A stretch of 64,000 bases of DNA from a bacterium (GTDB lineage: Bacteria > UBA8248 > JACPRG01 > G963555815): assembly GCA_963555815.3 (NCBI GenBank), contig CAUVWX020000001.1, positions 1,344,001 to 1,408,000 on the forward strand, given 5' to 3'. Shown piece after piece: positions 29,606 to 39,315 of this stretch. The position numbers and the translations under genes were made by a program. The notes under the pieces are model-generated. The model made no database searches. It saw only the letters and a program-made list of their open reading frames with translations, and was not told the origin of the DNA. How positions within the stretch are numbered: position 1 is the first letter of the stretch; the number at the start of each line of letters is the position of its first letter.

Positions 29606-30514
29606 TCAGACTGCAATGGGTTCGCTACTTTTGAGCTCCAGGAAGAGCTCATATGCTTCCTTGGCCTTAAAATTCTCGTGGACGACTGATCTGACGGCCC
29701 TGATCATGGCGACAGGATGATCACTCTGAAAAATGTTCCTCCCCATGTCAACTCCAGCGGCCCCGGATTGAATCGCTTGGCAGGAAAATTCCAGAGCGGC
29801 CTTCTCAGCCACCTTTTTTCCGCCCGCAATAACAATGGGGACGAAACATCCATTGACCACCTTCTCAAAGTCCTTACAGTAATAAGTTTTCACAATGTCA
29901 GCGCCATGCTCAGCAGCAATTCTGGAGGCCAGACCGAGATAACGGGCGTCCCTTTCCATTTCTTTGCCCACAGCGGTTATTCCCAGAACAACAAGTCCCT
30001 CTCTTTTCGCGTCGTCCGACATCTTGGATAGGTTCAAGATGGTCTGTCTTTGATACCTGGAGCCGACGTAAATCGAGACCGATACCCCATCCACCTTCAA
30101 CCGCTTCGCTTCTTCAATCGAGACCGTAATTCCTTCATTCGATAATTCCCTGTTTATTATTTCCCCTGCCACTCTATCTCGAAGTGCTTTCAACTCTTTG
30201 GTGGTTTTGACCCCCTGGCTTCTGATCTTAAATTCTCTTTCTAACTCAACAGGATCGTTGTAGACTACGCTGTTGCCACCGGAGGCCCTGAGAATGATAG
30301 CCGTCTCTGCTTCCGGATGTACGCAGTGGATCAGAACACCTTTCGTGGGGCTCAGCGCATCACAGTGAGAGAGGAGAGGTTTGATGGTTTGACCTGGATC
30401 CTCCAATCCACTCGTGGGTCCCTGAAAGTAACCGTGGTCAACCGCCAGCATGACAGTCCTGCCGGTCTCTGGCTTTATTATCTTTGCCAGATGGCCCTCT
30501 ATTTCAGAATGCAT
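29606..30514 (-). CDS. lsrF: LsrF-like thiolase/aldolase (DhnA family) with an internal insertion
   Basis: MLAVDHGYFQGPTSGLE, LRASGGNS, ELSNE, IVKTYYC, PIVIAGGKK and GVDMGRNIFQS motifs. Confidence 0.85.
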   Translation of the reverse strand: MHSEIEGHLAKIIKPETGRTVMLAVDHGYFQGPTSGLEDPGQTIKPLLSHCDALSPTKGVLIHCVHPEAETAIILRASGGNSVVYNDPVELEREFKIRSQGVKTTKELKALRDRVAGEIINRELSNEGITVSIEEAKRLKVDGVSVSIYVGSRYQRQTILNLSKMSDDAKREGLVVLGITAVGKEMERDARYLGLASRIAAEHGADIVKTYYCKDFEKVVNGCFVPIVIAGGKKVAEKAALEFSCQAIQSGAAGVDMGRNIFQSDHPVAMIRAVRSVVHENFKAKEAYELFLELKSSEPIAV

Positions 30515-30790
30515 GTGGGTTCCTCCGAACTGGAAGAGGAGACTTTTCTTTCTGTAGTCTCGAATTTAAGTGTACTTGACGCCCTTGACCAGCGCAATCT
30601 CCACTGATTCGGCTTTCCCTCGGCTTAAATCCGGGGGACGATGAGAACGGAAGTTTATGCCCCCAGGATATTGACAGTCGCCAAGGGTCTATGGTAGGTG
30701 ATTTTGGTCTATTCAGGGACATCTGAGATGTGCTGGCTTTTTTGGCGGGACGGCGATTTGCGCCTTGCAGGGTAGTGATTTGCGCCTTGA

Positions 30791-31186
30791 ATGGGGAGGC
30801 AGACGATGCGGGGTTCAGAACCAAGGGCTGAAAGAGGGGTTCCAAAAAGGGTAGAAGAGGTTTCTCCCGCTGACTCAGCCCTTCGGGGTGAGGCCCTCGA
30901 GGGCTGGAAGGCCGTCGTGGAGGCCGCGTGGTCCCTTTCAAATCTCCGTTCCGGCTTGGTGGATGTGACGCCCCGCCTGAAGGGTATCCCTGAGGCGCTA
31001 AACCTCCTCAAGGAGTTCGTCTCGTCTATCCAGCGAACCTCGACCCTAGACACGGTGGAAGGGGAGATCCAGGGGGCGGCGGCCGACCTCAAAACTTTCT
31101 CGGAGGATCTTCTGGGGGTCCGGGGGATCTTGGAGGAGGCCCTCCAGGCCGTCTGGAGGAGGCGAAGCACCCTCAAGCCCTCCTGA
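30791..31186 (+). CDS. Hypothetical helical/coiled-coil protein
   Basis: ORF with host-like codon usage at the head of the paaK-like operon; start uncertain. Confidence 0.45.
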   Translation: MGRQTMRGSEPRAERGVPKRVEEVSPADSALRGEALEGWKAVVEAAWSLSNLRSGLVDVTPRLKGIPEALNLLKEFVSSIQRTSTLDTVEGEIQGAAADLKTFSEDLLGVRGILEEALQAVWRRRSTLKPS

Positions 31187-31212
31187 ATTCAGCGGCCCCC
31201 CCAGAGGGCTCT

Positions 31213-31551
31213 GTGCGATGTCTTCTGCCACGAGGGTTTTCTCCACCAATCACCATTTGGGCCATCGAAGGACTCGCCGTGTACAACGACTTCTGCTCCC
31301 AAGGTTTTATGCTGAAAAGGTCCCTCACCCTCGACACGATCCAGGTCTGTCTGGCCGGCCTTGGAAAGATGGTCAGTCTTGGCCCAAGAGGGTTTCGCTT
31401 CATCCCGAAGGATCGAAGGTGGCCGCCCACCTACTTCAACCCCGATGGGTCTTTTGAAGTCATCATGAAGGACCTGGATTATGACGATGTCTTGAACTAC
31501 GTGGACGAATTGAGCTTGCGCCTGGGTGTGGAGGTCCTCCGGGGCGCCTGA
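31213..31551 (+). CDS. Hypothetical protein
   Basis: ORF ends 15 bp before the paaK-like gene; the C-terminal part looks protein-like; start uncertain. Confidence 0.45.
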   Translation: MRCLLPRGFSPPITIWAIEGLAVYNDFCSQGFMLKRSLTLDTIQVCLAGLGKMVSLGPRGFRFIPKDRRWPPTYFNPDGSFEVIMKDLDYDDVLNYVDELSLRLGVEVLRGA

Positions 31552-31566
31552 CCAGGAAGGGGGAAG

Positions 31567-32913
31567 ATGGATCGGAACTGCTTCCAGCCGGAGGTAGAGA
31601 CCCTACCGGTCGAGAAGCTGAAGGCCCTTCAGCTGGAACGGCTTAAATCCATCGTGGATCGTGTCTATCATCAAATCCCCTTCTACAAGAAGCTCTACGA
31701 CGAAGCAGGGGTTAAACCCTCGGACATCCGCCATCTGGAGGATGTCCGACGATTGCCCTTCCTGGAGAAGGCCTCGGTACGCGGGGCCTACCCCACGGGG
31801 AATGTCCTCGCCCCGCGTGAGGAACTCCTGGAGATGCACAGCACCTCTGGCACCACGGGGAAGCCGGTCCTCGTCTTCGCCACCCGAAAGGACCTGGACC
31901 TCTGGGGGGATCTCAACGCCAGGGAGCTTTGGATGGTGGGGCTTCGACCGGGAGATAGTCTCCTCAACGCCTATGGTTATGGCCTTCCGACAGGGGGGTT
32001 TGGCTTCCATTACGGGGCTCACAAGATGGGCGTCCTCGCCATCCCCACCGGCTCCGGTCAAGTGGACCGCCAGATCGACCTCCTAGTGGATCTCGGTGTG
32101 ACGGCCTTTTGTATGACCCCCTCCTTCGCTCTCTACGTGGGACAAAGGGCCAAAAAGCGGGGGCTGGACCTGGCAAAGGGGGCCAAGTGCCGAATCGGTC
32201 TCTTTGGTGCTGAGCCCTGGCCCTGGTCCACCCGAATGAAGATCGAGGCGCTCTTTGGGATCACGGCCTATGACGAATTCGGAATGACGGAGTTCCTGGG
32301 GCCCGGGATGACGTGTGAGTGCCCTCTTCGCCACCGGGACCAGGGCATGCACGCCTGGGCCGATGCCTTTCTGGCCGAGTGCATTGACCCCAAGACAGAG
32401 GAGCCCGTCCCGGAGGGGAGCCCGGGGGAGATGGTCTGGACGACGCTGGCCTTTGAGGGCAGCCCCTTCATCCGCTACCGGAGCCGTGACCTCGCCTCTT
32501 TCACCTGGGCGTCCTGTGGGTGCGGCCGGACCCACCCCCGCATGGGGGCGATCAAGGGGAGGACGGACGACGCCGTCCCCATCAGCGGTTTCATTGTCTT
32601 CCCGAGCCAGGTGGAGGAGGCCCTCCTTCAGTTTGAGGAAATGGGCGCCAACTTCCGCATGGTGATCAATACCGATAAGCGGGGCATGGACCATTTCAGC
32701 CTGCAAGTGGAGGTGAAGGACCCAGACCTCCTCGGCCGGCCGGAACAGTGCGAAAACCTCGAGAAGAAAATGCAGGGGGCTGTCCAGTCGGTGGCGGGAG
32801 TCAAGCCCAAGATTGTTTCGCTCCTGAAGCCCGACGCCCTTCCCCGGGTGACGGCTGGGGAGGGAAAGACGGCGAGCGCCAGAGTGGAAGACCATCGGAA
32901 AAAGCACGATTAG
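31567..32913 (+). CDS. Phenylacetate--CoA ligase family protein
   Basis: HSTSGTTGKP, YGYGLPTGG, FGAEPW, DEFGMTE, IRYRSRD, GRTDD and VFPSQVE motifs. Confidence 0.9.
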   Translation: MDRNCFQPEVETLPVEKLKALQLERLKSIVDRVYHQIPFYKKLYDEAGVKPSDIRHLEDVRRLPFLEKASVRGAYPTGNVLAPREELLEMHSTSGTTGKPVLVFATRKDLDLWGDLNARELWMVGLRPGDSLLNAYGYGLPTGGFGFHYGAHKMGVLAIPTGSGQVDRQIDLLVDLGVTAFCMTPSFALYVGQRAKKRGLDLAKGAKCRIGLFGAEPWPWSTRMKIEALFGITAYDEFGMTEFLGPGMTCECPLRHRDQGMHAWADAFLAECIDPKTEEPVPEGSPGEMVWTTLAFEGSPFIRYRSRDLASFTWASCGCGRTHPRMGAIKGRTDDAVPISGFIVFPSQVEEALLQFEEMGANFRMVINTDKRGMDHFSLQVEVKDPDLLGRPEQCENLEKKMQGAVQSVAGVKPKIVSLLKPDALPRVTAGEGKTASARVEDHRKKHD

Positions 32914-32937
32914 AAATTCCGAGTTCACCGAGCGAGG

Positions 32938-34080
32938 ATGCGACTGATGGCCCAAGGAAAGATCGTGACAGCAAAGGAGGCTGTCCAAAAATTCATCAAG
33001 CCCGGGACTTGTCTTTGCGTCGGCGGCTTCAGCTATACGCGAAGGCCGATGACGCTCGTTCGGGAGGTCGTCCGCCAGGGGATTGGGGACCTCTTTGTGA
33101 CGATGAACGGCGGGACCGCGGCTGAGGAGATTTTGGCGGCCAACGACCTTATCCGGTGGCTGGAGACGACCTATGTAGGCCTGGAGGGGATCCAACCGGT
33201 CGCCCACAGCATCCGCCGCCGGATCGAGGACGGCTCCATTGAGCTCATCGAAGACTACAGCAACTTCGGTTTTGCCCAGCGGACCGTCGCGGCGAGGTAT
33301 GGATGGCCCTTTGCTCCCCTCGTGAGCGAGCTCGGCTCAGACCTCTTGGAGTACGACGTCTTCGGCAAGGCCGGCCTTCGCGGCAAAAATCCAGACGGGA
33401 GCTGGAAGCATCCCTCCATCCCACCCAAGAAGTTCCACGTCATCGATGACCCCTTCGAGGGGTTTGGCTACCGCCCTCACGCTTTTCGGGGGGGGGATAA
33501 CGTGGCGAATCAGACGGCAAACCTGAAGGAGTCCCTTGGCTCGACGAAGTACACAGGGAAAAAGGGCATCAAGGTGGTCCTCGTTCCCCCCATCATGCCC
33601 GAGGTGACCATCATTCGGGCCCAGCGGGTGGGGCACGAAGGGACGGTGCGTCTGGAGGGTATCTGGGGGCCTGACAATGAGCAGGCCATCGCGGCGAAAC
33701 ACCTCATCGTCGAGTGCGAGCGGATCGTCCCCGAGCAAGAACTCCGCATCCGGCCCGACCAGAACCACATTGCCGCCCACCTGGTGGACGCCATCGTGGA
33801 GCAGCCCTTCGGGGGCTACCCCTCGGCTGTCCCCAACTACTACGATTACGACTGGGATTTCTGGGTGAACTACGGCCGGATCAACAAGGGGTCGAAGGAG
33901 GCCGTCCGGGATTACTGGCGGAAGATGGTGGTCGAGACGGCGGACGACTGGGAATTTTTCTTTGAGAAGGTGGGGACTGACTATCAGTGCAAGAGCGGGA
34001 AGAAAGGGTTCGAGCGCCTCTTTGAGCTTCGTGCCGACGCCAGGTACGGCTATAAGCCGGACCTGGAGCGGCCAATGTAA
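32938..34080 (+). CDS. Family I CoA-transferase subunit A (glutaconate CoA-transferase-like)
   Basis: GGFSYTRRPMTLVRE, LGSDL, IIRAQR, HLIVECERIV and PFGGYPS motifs. Confidence 0.82.
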   Translation: MRLMAQGKIVTAKEAVQKFIKPGTCLCVGGFSYTRRPMTLVREVVRQGIGDLFVTMNGGTAAEEILAANDLIRWLETTYVGLEGIQPVAHSIRRRIEDGSIELIEDYSNFGFAQRTVAARYGWPFAPLVSELGSDLLEYDVFGKAGLRGKNPDGSWKHPSIPPKKFHVIDDPFEGFGYRPHAFRGGDNVANQTANLKESLGSTKYTGKKGIKVVLVPPIMPEVTIIRAQRVGHEGTVRLEGIWGPDNEQAIAAKHLIVECERIVPEQELRIRPDQNHIAAHLVDAIVEQPFGGYPSAVPNYYDYDWDFWVNYGRINKGSKEAVRDYWRKMVVETADDWEFFFEKVGTDYQCKSGKKGFERLFELRADARYGYKPDLERPM

Positions 34081-34097
34081 GGAAAGGGGGCAGGCTG

Positions 34098-35015
34098 ATG
34101 GCGACGCATGTCAGCGACCAGGATTACCAGGCTTACTGCGAGGCGCGGGGCCTTCAGCCCGAGGCGGACTCCTACACCATGATGGAGCTCCTGGCGGTGG
34201 CGGTCGCCCGAGAGATCTCCGACGGGGCCTTTATGTTCGCCGGGACAGGGCTTCCCCTTCTCAGCTCCATGCTGGCCCTTCACACGGTCGCTCCCCAGGC
34301 CACCCTCATCCTGGAGGCCGGGATCGTGGGGCCCACGGTGGAGCACCTGCCTATCTCTGTCTCAGACCCCCGGGGCTGCCACATGGGCAGCACCGTCACC
34401 AACATGGCCGACACCTTCGGGACAACGGCTCTTCGTGGCTTTTGTTCGGTTGGGATCCTGGGGGCTGCGGAGTGCGACCGCTATGGAAACCTGAACTCGA
34501 CCGTCATCGGCCACTATTGGCCCGGCGGGGTTTCTGAGGACGGAAAGGGTCCAAAGGTCCGCTTCGCCGGAAGCGGCGGGGCCAACAACATCGCCACCCT
34601 CGCCGACCAGACCATCGTCATGATGGTCATGGAGAAGCGGCGTTTTCCGGAAAAGGTCCAATACATGACCAGCCTTGCCGGAAACCGGGGGCCAGAGGGT
34701 GAGACCAAGGCCGATTACGGCATCGCCCGGGGGGGGAGTTGCGTCATGATCAGCGACCTCTGTATCATGCGAAACTACCCACCGGAAGACAACGAGCTCA
34801 AGCTTGAGCGCATCTACCCGGGAGTGGCCCTTAAGGATGTTCTCGAGAACGTTGGGTGGGAGCTCCACGCTGTCGAGGGCAAGAGGGTGACGGAGAAATC
34901 CCGCATCCCGGTCATGGACCCCCCGACGCATGAAGAGCTTAAGATCCTTCGCTTCGTTGTGGATCCTGAGCGAATCTATCTCGGCAGGAAGGGCAAGCGG
35001 GAGCTCGCGAAATAG
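34098..35015 (+). CDS. Family I CoA-transferase subunit B (glutaconate CoA-transferase-like)
   Basis: FAGTGLP, LILEAG (candidate catalytic Glu), DRYGNLNST and GSGGANNIA motifs. Confidence 0.85.
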   Translation: MATHVSDQDYQAYCEARGLQPEADSYTMMELLAVAVAREISDGAFMFAGTGLPLLSSMLALHTVAPQATLILEAGIVGPTVEHLPISVSDPRGCHMGSTVTNMADTFGTTALRGFCSVGILGAAECDRYGNLNSTVIGHYWPGGVSEDGKGPKVRFAGSGGANNIATLADQTIVMMVMEKRRFPEKVQYMTSLAGNRGPEGETKADYGIARGGSCVMISDLCIMRNYPPEDNELKLERIYPGVALKDVLENVGWELHAVEGKRVTEKSRIPVMDPPTHEELKILRFVVDPERIYLGRKGKRELAK

Positions 35016-35093
35016 GCCAAATAGCCGTTCTTCCCATTATGGCTGAAGAGCGACTTTGGGAGGGGCGTCTCAACCGACGAGGACTGACTCAAC

Positions 35094-35384
35094 ATGGTGA
35101 CGAAAATCTGTCAAATTGTGACGAGGGATTGGCTGGAGGATCTCCTCTCTGGGCCTCTGGATGAACCCCTCAAGGAAAGGTATGAATCGCTCCAAAAACA
35201 TCTTGTCGAGGGGATAGACGGTCTCCCCGTTGTCCGCTCGAACCTCCTCGACGCTTATCGGGCCAGGCTTTTTATCCAGCTGAACCTCCAGGGAGAAAAG
35301 ATTGAGATGGATATTCCCATGGAGCACTACAGCGCCCTCAAGATGGGAAGGGTGAATCTGGAGACAATGAACTTCCAGAAATAG
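35094..35384 (+). CDS. Hypothetical protein
   Basis: 96-aa ORF in operon orientation with a plausible RBS (GAGGA). Confidence 0.5.
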   Translation: MVTKICQIVTRDWLEDLLSGPLDEPLKERYESLQKHLVEGIDGLPVVRSNLLDAYRARLFIQLNLQGEKIEMDIPMEHYSALKMGRVNLETMNFQK

Positions 35385-35403
35385 CGCTTCCCCTTCAAAC
35401 GGA

Positions 35404-35946
35404 ATGCCTCTCGTTTTCTCCCCTCAGACGCCGAACCTCCTCCTGACCGGGACCTCAGGTGTGGGGAAGAGCACGGTGATCCAGAGAACGCTCTCCCTCC
35501 TCTCCTCTCCGGCGGAGGGTTTTTTTTCGACCGAGATCCTGGAGGGAAAAAGACGTCTTGGTTTTAGGATCATCACGCCATCGGGTGAGGAGGCCATTCT
35601 TGCCCACCGCGAGTTTCAGGGAGGGCCGAGGCTTGGACCCTATGGGGTGGACCTGGAGGCCCTGGAGAGGGTCGGCATCGCGGTCCTCAGGCGCGCCCTT
35701 TCGGACAAAAATTCGCTTATCGTCCTTGATGAGATCGGAAAGATGGAGATGAAATCGGAGATTTTTGGGGAAGTTGTCTTTGAGTGTCTTGAGGACCCAA
35801 GGCGGCTTCTGGGGGTGATGGGGAAAGGGATCGCTGAAGAGGAGAAGATCCGGCGGAGGTCCGATGTCCTCTGTCTTGAGGTCACCGTCCAGAACCGAGA
35901 TGAACTCCCAAAGATGCTTTCCGCTTGGGCGAACTTAAAATTGTAA
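35404..35946 (+). CDS. Nucleoside-triphosphatase (THEP1/NTPase_1 family)
   Basis: LTGTSGVGKST Walker A, GFFSTEI, RLGF, and LIVLDEIGKME Walker B. Confidence 0.88.
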   Translation: MPLVFSPQTPNLLLTGTSGVGKSTVIQRTLSLLSSPAEGFFSTEILEGKRRLGFRIITPSGEEAILAHREFQGGPRLGPYGVDLEALERVGIAVLRRALSDKNSLIVLDEIGKMEMKSEIFGEVVFECLEDPRRLLGVMGKGIAEEEKIRRRSDVLCLEVTVQNRDELPKMLSAWANLKL

Positions 35947-36062
35947 CTGGGTTCGCAGCATGGGAAATAAAAAGGCCATGAAAAGGTGGGATGACGGAAG
36001 GGTGGCCCCGCTCGAGGCGGGCTAAAAGCTTCCACTCTGTTAGGGTGATCCCCTCGTGTCGG

Positions 36063-36455
36063 TTACTCCGCCTTCGTCACGGTGATCCTTGTTCCCTGTG
36101 GAACCCGGGACCATATCCGGGGGTCCCCCTCTAGACGGCCCAAGGGGTTGACGGGGCTGGCCGCTTTGGGCTTCTCGTCCGTGCTGGCGGGGGTTGGACC
36201 GAAAAAGAGGCAAAGGGCACGGCCCGAGGGCCAGTAGGCGAGTTCTCCCACCTCGACCCCGTCTCGGGCATCAGGGGAGATCTGGGCTTCGACCGGGGTT
36301 TCAAAATAGACCTCCTCGCCCCACCTTTGGACGGAACCGGTGATGGGAAGGGCCTCCCATAGGAGATGGGCAGTCGGGCTCGTATTGAGCTCGGTGAAGG
36401 ATTTGACCTCTCCAGCTTGTATGAGGACCCGTAGGGTCTTCTTGTGATCTTTCAT
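36063..36455 (-). CDS. Cyclophilin-like fold protein (DUF369 type)
   Basis: PTA…LPI…RWGEEVYF, GELAYWPSG.ALCLFFGPTP and ASPVN motifs. Confidence 0.8.
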   Translation of the reverse strand: MKDHKKTLRVLIQAGEVKSFTELNTSPTAHLLWEALPITGSVQRWGEEVYFETPVEAQISPDARDGVEVGELAYWPSGRALCLFFGPTPASTDEKPKAASPVNPLGRLEGDPRIWSRVPQGTRITVTKAE

Positions 36456-36595
36456 GTTTTTCTCCCCCGCTTACGGTGAAAAGAGTTGACAAAAAGAGGG
36501 GGGCAAAGGCTAAATGGGGGTGTATCGTTCAGCCTGCCGAGGACCCTCATTTGAGCCAGATTTTACAGCGGCGGGGAGCACCTTTCCAGCGGCCG

Positions 36596-37573
36596 ATGCG
36601 CTTTGAAGATGTCGTGGAGGGCGTTCGCTCCGAGCTCGACGAAGTAGATAATGCCCTCCTGACCCATCTGGAGTCGGACGTTCCCCTCATTCCCGAGATC
36701 GGGAACTATCTGGCCCGGGGCGGTGGGAAGCGGGTTCGGCCGATGCTCGTCCTGCTCACCTCTCGGCTTTGCGGCTATGAGGGGACCCGCTATATCACCC
36801 ATGCCTGCGTTGTAGAGTTCATCCACACGGCAACCCTGTTGCACGACGATGTGGTGGACAGCTCTCAGTTTCGCCGCGGGGGATCCTCGGCCAACGCCCG
36901 ATGGGGGAACGAGGCGAGCGTCCTGGTGGGGGACTACCTCTTCGCCAAGTCCCTGTGGCTTTTGGCCTCCGACCGCGACCCCAGAATCACCCAGGCCGTC
37001 TCCGACGCCACGGTCTACCTCTCTGAGGGTGAGGTCCTTCAGCTCATCAACGAGTTCAACCTAGCTGCCAGCGAGAAGAGCTATCTGGATGTCATCTATC
37101 GAAAGACGGCTGCCCTCATCGCTTCTTGCTGCCAGATTGGGGCTATCCTTGGCAATGCGTCGCCGGAGCGTGAGCAGGCCCTGACGGAGTTTGGGCGAAA
37201 TGTGGGTTACGCCTTCCAGCTGGTGGACGATGTCCTGGACTATACGGCAAAGAGCGAGAAGCTCGGCAAGCCCGTAGGGAAAGACCTCACGGAGGGCAAT
37301 GTGACCCTCCCTCTCATCCACCTCTATCGTCTCGCAGACGAGGGGGAAAAGCAGATCATCCGGGAGCTCTTCCTTGAGCCCAACGGGAACCCCGACGGCC
37401 GCCTCCAGATCATCCTGGAGCTGATGAAGAAACACGGGGCCATTGAGTACACCATGAAACAGGCCCGGGACTATGCGGAGCGGGCTAAGGCCATCCTGAG
37501 GAAATTCGAGACCTCCCACCATCAGCAGGCCCTCCTCTCCCTGGCCGATTACGTCGTGGAGCGAGAGCAGTAG
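36596..37573 (+). CDS. ispB: Polyprenyl (octaprenyl-type) diphosphate synthase
   Basis: GGKRVRP, LLHDDVVD, RRG, VLVGDYL, KTA and FQLVDDVLD motifs. Confidence 0.92.
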   Translation: MRFEDVVEGVRSELDEVDNALLTHLESDVPLIPEIGNYLARGGGKRVRPMLVLLTSRLCGYEGTRYITHACVVEFIHTATLLHDDVVDSSQFRRGGSSANARWGNEASVLVGDYLFAKSLWLLASDRDPRITQAVSDATVYLSEGEVLQLINEFNLAASEKSYLDVIYRKTAALIASCCQIGAILGNASPEREQALTEFGRNVGYAFQLVDDVLDYTAKSEKLGKPVGKDLTEGNVTLPLIHLYRLADEGEKQIIRELFLEPNGNPDGRLQIILELMKKHGAIEYTMKQARDYAERAKAILRKFETSHHQQALLSLADYVVEREQ

Positions 37574-37584
37574 CACCTCATCCC

Positions 37585-38099
37585 TTGGTCGAATTAGCCC
37601 GGCAAGCCATCCACCACTACCTGGAGGTGGGGAAGATCTTTGAGATCCCAGACCCCCTCCCTCCGGGGTTCGACCGGCAGGCGGGCGTCTTTGTATGCCT
37701 CCACCGCGAGAAGAAGCTCCGGGGTTGTGTAGGGACGCCGGTACCCCGATCTCCTTCGGTGGCCAAGGAGACGATTCAAAACAGCATCGGCTCGGCCACC
37801 AAGGACCCGCGCTTCCCCCCACTCAGCCTGGAGGAGTTGGAAGGGCTTTCCATCTCGGTGGATGTCCTCTCGCCCCTGGAGCCCACCCCTTCCGAGACCC
37901 ATTGGGACGTGAGGCGCTACGGCGTGCTGGTGGACCAGATGGGTCACGCCGAGGGATTCTCCTGCCGGGCGTAGAAGGGGTGGCGACGGCCCAGGAGCAG
38001 ATCGAGATAGCCTGCCGCAAGGCGGGGATAGATCCCAAGTCGTCGTTCCGTGCCCAGCTTTTTCAGGTGGAGCGTTTTGGGGAGGAAGAGGGGAGCTAG
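37585..38099 (+). CDS. AmmeMemoRadiSam system protein A (AMMECR1 family), frameshift near 37935
   Basis: GVFVCL…LRGCVGT, KDPRFPP and ISVDVLS, then RRGILLPGVEGV…KAGI in the shifted frame. Confidence 0.85.
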
Positions 38100-38363
38100 A
38101 TGGGCGCCAGGGCCATCGGGTCTCTTGTTCTCTTTATGGTGGGCTGGGGCCTGGTGGGGGCGATCCTCGGCAAGGTTTTGGGGGCTCTATTTGGGGAAAC
38201 GGTGTTGGAGCCGTTAATCACCTAGGGGATCACGATAGAGGTCGACCCCCCGATTTACCTTTTGGTCGTGACCCTTCCCTATGGCTTTAGCTTCAGGCTG
38301 ACGCTCCTCGCCATGTTGGGGATCCTCACTGGGGTTGCGATGTTTGCGACGCGAAGGCTATGA
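38100..38363 (+). pseudogene. DUF4321-like small membrane protein, paralog 1, with in-frame TAG at 38223
   Basis: Read-through gives 87 codons, the same length as and collinear with the downstream paralog. Confidence 0.7.
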
Positions 38364-38411
38364 GTCCAACTCTTTCATGTGGGACGTCGTGGAGAACTGG
38401 AGGGAGGCTAG

Positions 38412-38675
38412 ATGGCCGGAAAGGGAGTAGGGGCTCTTCTTCTCTTTATGGTAGTTGGCGGTCTGGTGGGGACGATCCTCGGTGAGATCCTGGGGAGCAT
38501 CATAGGCGGTTCGGGTATCGGACTCCTCTTCAGCCGGGGGGTCGAATTCGGCCTCAATGAGCCGATGAAGGTTGACCTTCGAATCCTGACCTTCACCTTC
38601 GGCTTAAGCTTCAAGCTGACGCTCCTCAGCGTGCTGGGGGTCCTCTTCGGGGTCTATCTCTCGCGAAAGTTCTGA
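38412..38675 (+). CDS. DUF4321-like small membrane protein
   Basis: GGLVGTILGEILG…P.KVDL.ILTFTFGLSFKLTL.S.LG pattern; located upstream of maf. Confidence 0.75.
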   Translation: MAGKGVGALLLFMVVGGLVGTILGEILGSIIGGSGIGLLFSRGVEFGLNEPMKVDLRILTFTFGLSFKLTLLSVLGVLFGVYLSRKF

Positions 38676-38679
38676 TGGG

Positions 38680-39315
38680 ATGACTCCCGCGAGGCGGCAT
38701 CAGACAACCGGGTCTCCAACAGGGCGCAGCTCCCGCAAACGCTCAGGGCTCCCACCCATCATCCTTGCATCCGCTTCGGCGAGGCGCCGGGCCCTGCTCC
38801 GGCAGATCGGGCTCCCCTTCAAGGCCGTCCCGGCTCGGGTCGAGGAGGTCTATCGGGGTGAGCCCCCTGAAACCTTCGCCCGAAGGATGTCAGCTCTAAA
38901 GGCGGCGGAGGTCTCCTCGAGACACAAGGGGTCCATCGTCATCGGGGCTGACACCATCGTGGTCCTCGGACGACAGGTCCTGGGAAAACCCAAGGACCCC
39001 GCCTCGGCCCTGGCCATGGCGAAGGCGCTGAGCGGGCGGGTCCACCGGGTCGTCACCGGAGTGACGGTACGCAAGGATGCAAAGAAGTTCACGGGAGCCG
39101 AGACGACCCGGGTGAAGTTTCACCCCCTTCGGCCTGAGGCGATCTCCCGTTATGTCGAGAGTGGAGAACCCATGGACAAGGCGGGGGCCTACGGGATCCA
39201 GGGGAGAGGAATTCTCCTCGTTGAGCGGATTGAAGGGTGCTACACCAACGTGGTTGGCCTTCCCCTTGGGCTCCTTTCGGAGCTCCTTGAGCGCCTGGGT
39301 GTCCGCCTCCTATGA
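38680..39315 (+). CDS. maf: Maf family nucleoside triphosphate pyrophosphatase
   Basis: ILASASARR, IGADTIV, LGKP, DKAGAYGIQ and NVVGLP motifs. Confidence 0.93.
   Translation: MTPARRHQTTGSPTGRSSRKRSGLPPIILASASARRRALLRQIGLPFKAVPARVEEVYRGEPPETFARRMSALKAAEVSSRHKGSIVIGADTIVVLGRQVLGKPKDPASALAMAKALSGRVHRVVTGVTVRKDAKKFTGAETTRVKFHPLRPEAISRYVESGEPMDKAGAYGIQGRGILLVERIEGCYTNVVGLPLGLLSELLERLGVRLL

Noticed and set aside
25039..38225. Genome-wide amber recoding or pyrrolysine usage
   Set aside because: TAG is the genuine stop of many conserved genes here (tal-pgi, gnd, zwf, pgl, ispB, mod), and no pyl genes or suppressor tRNA are in the window.
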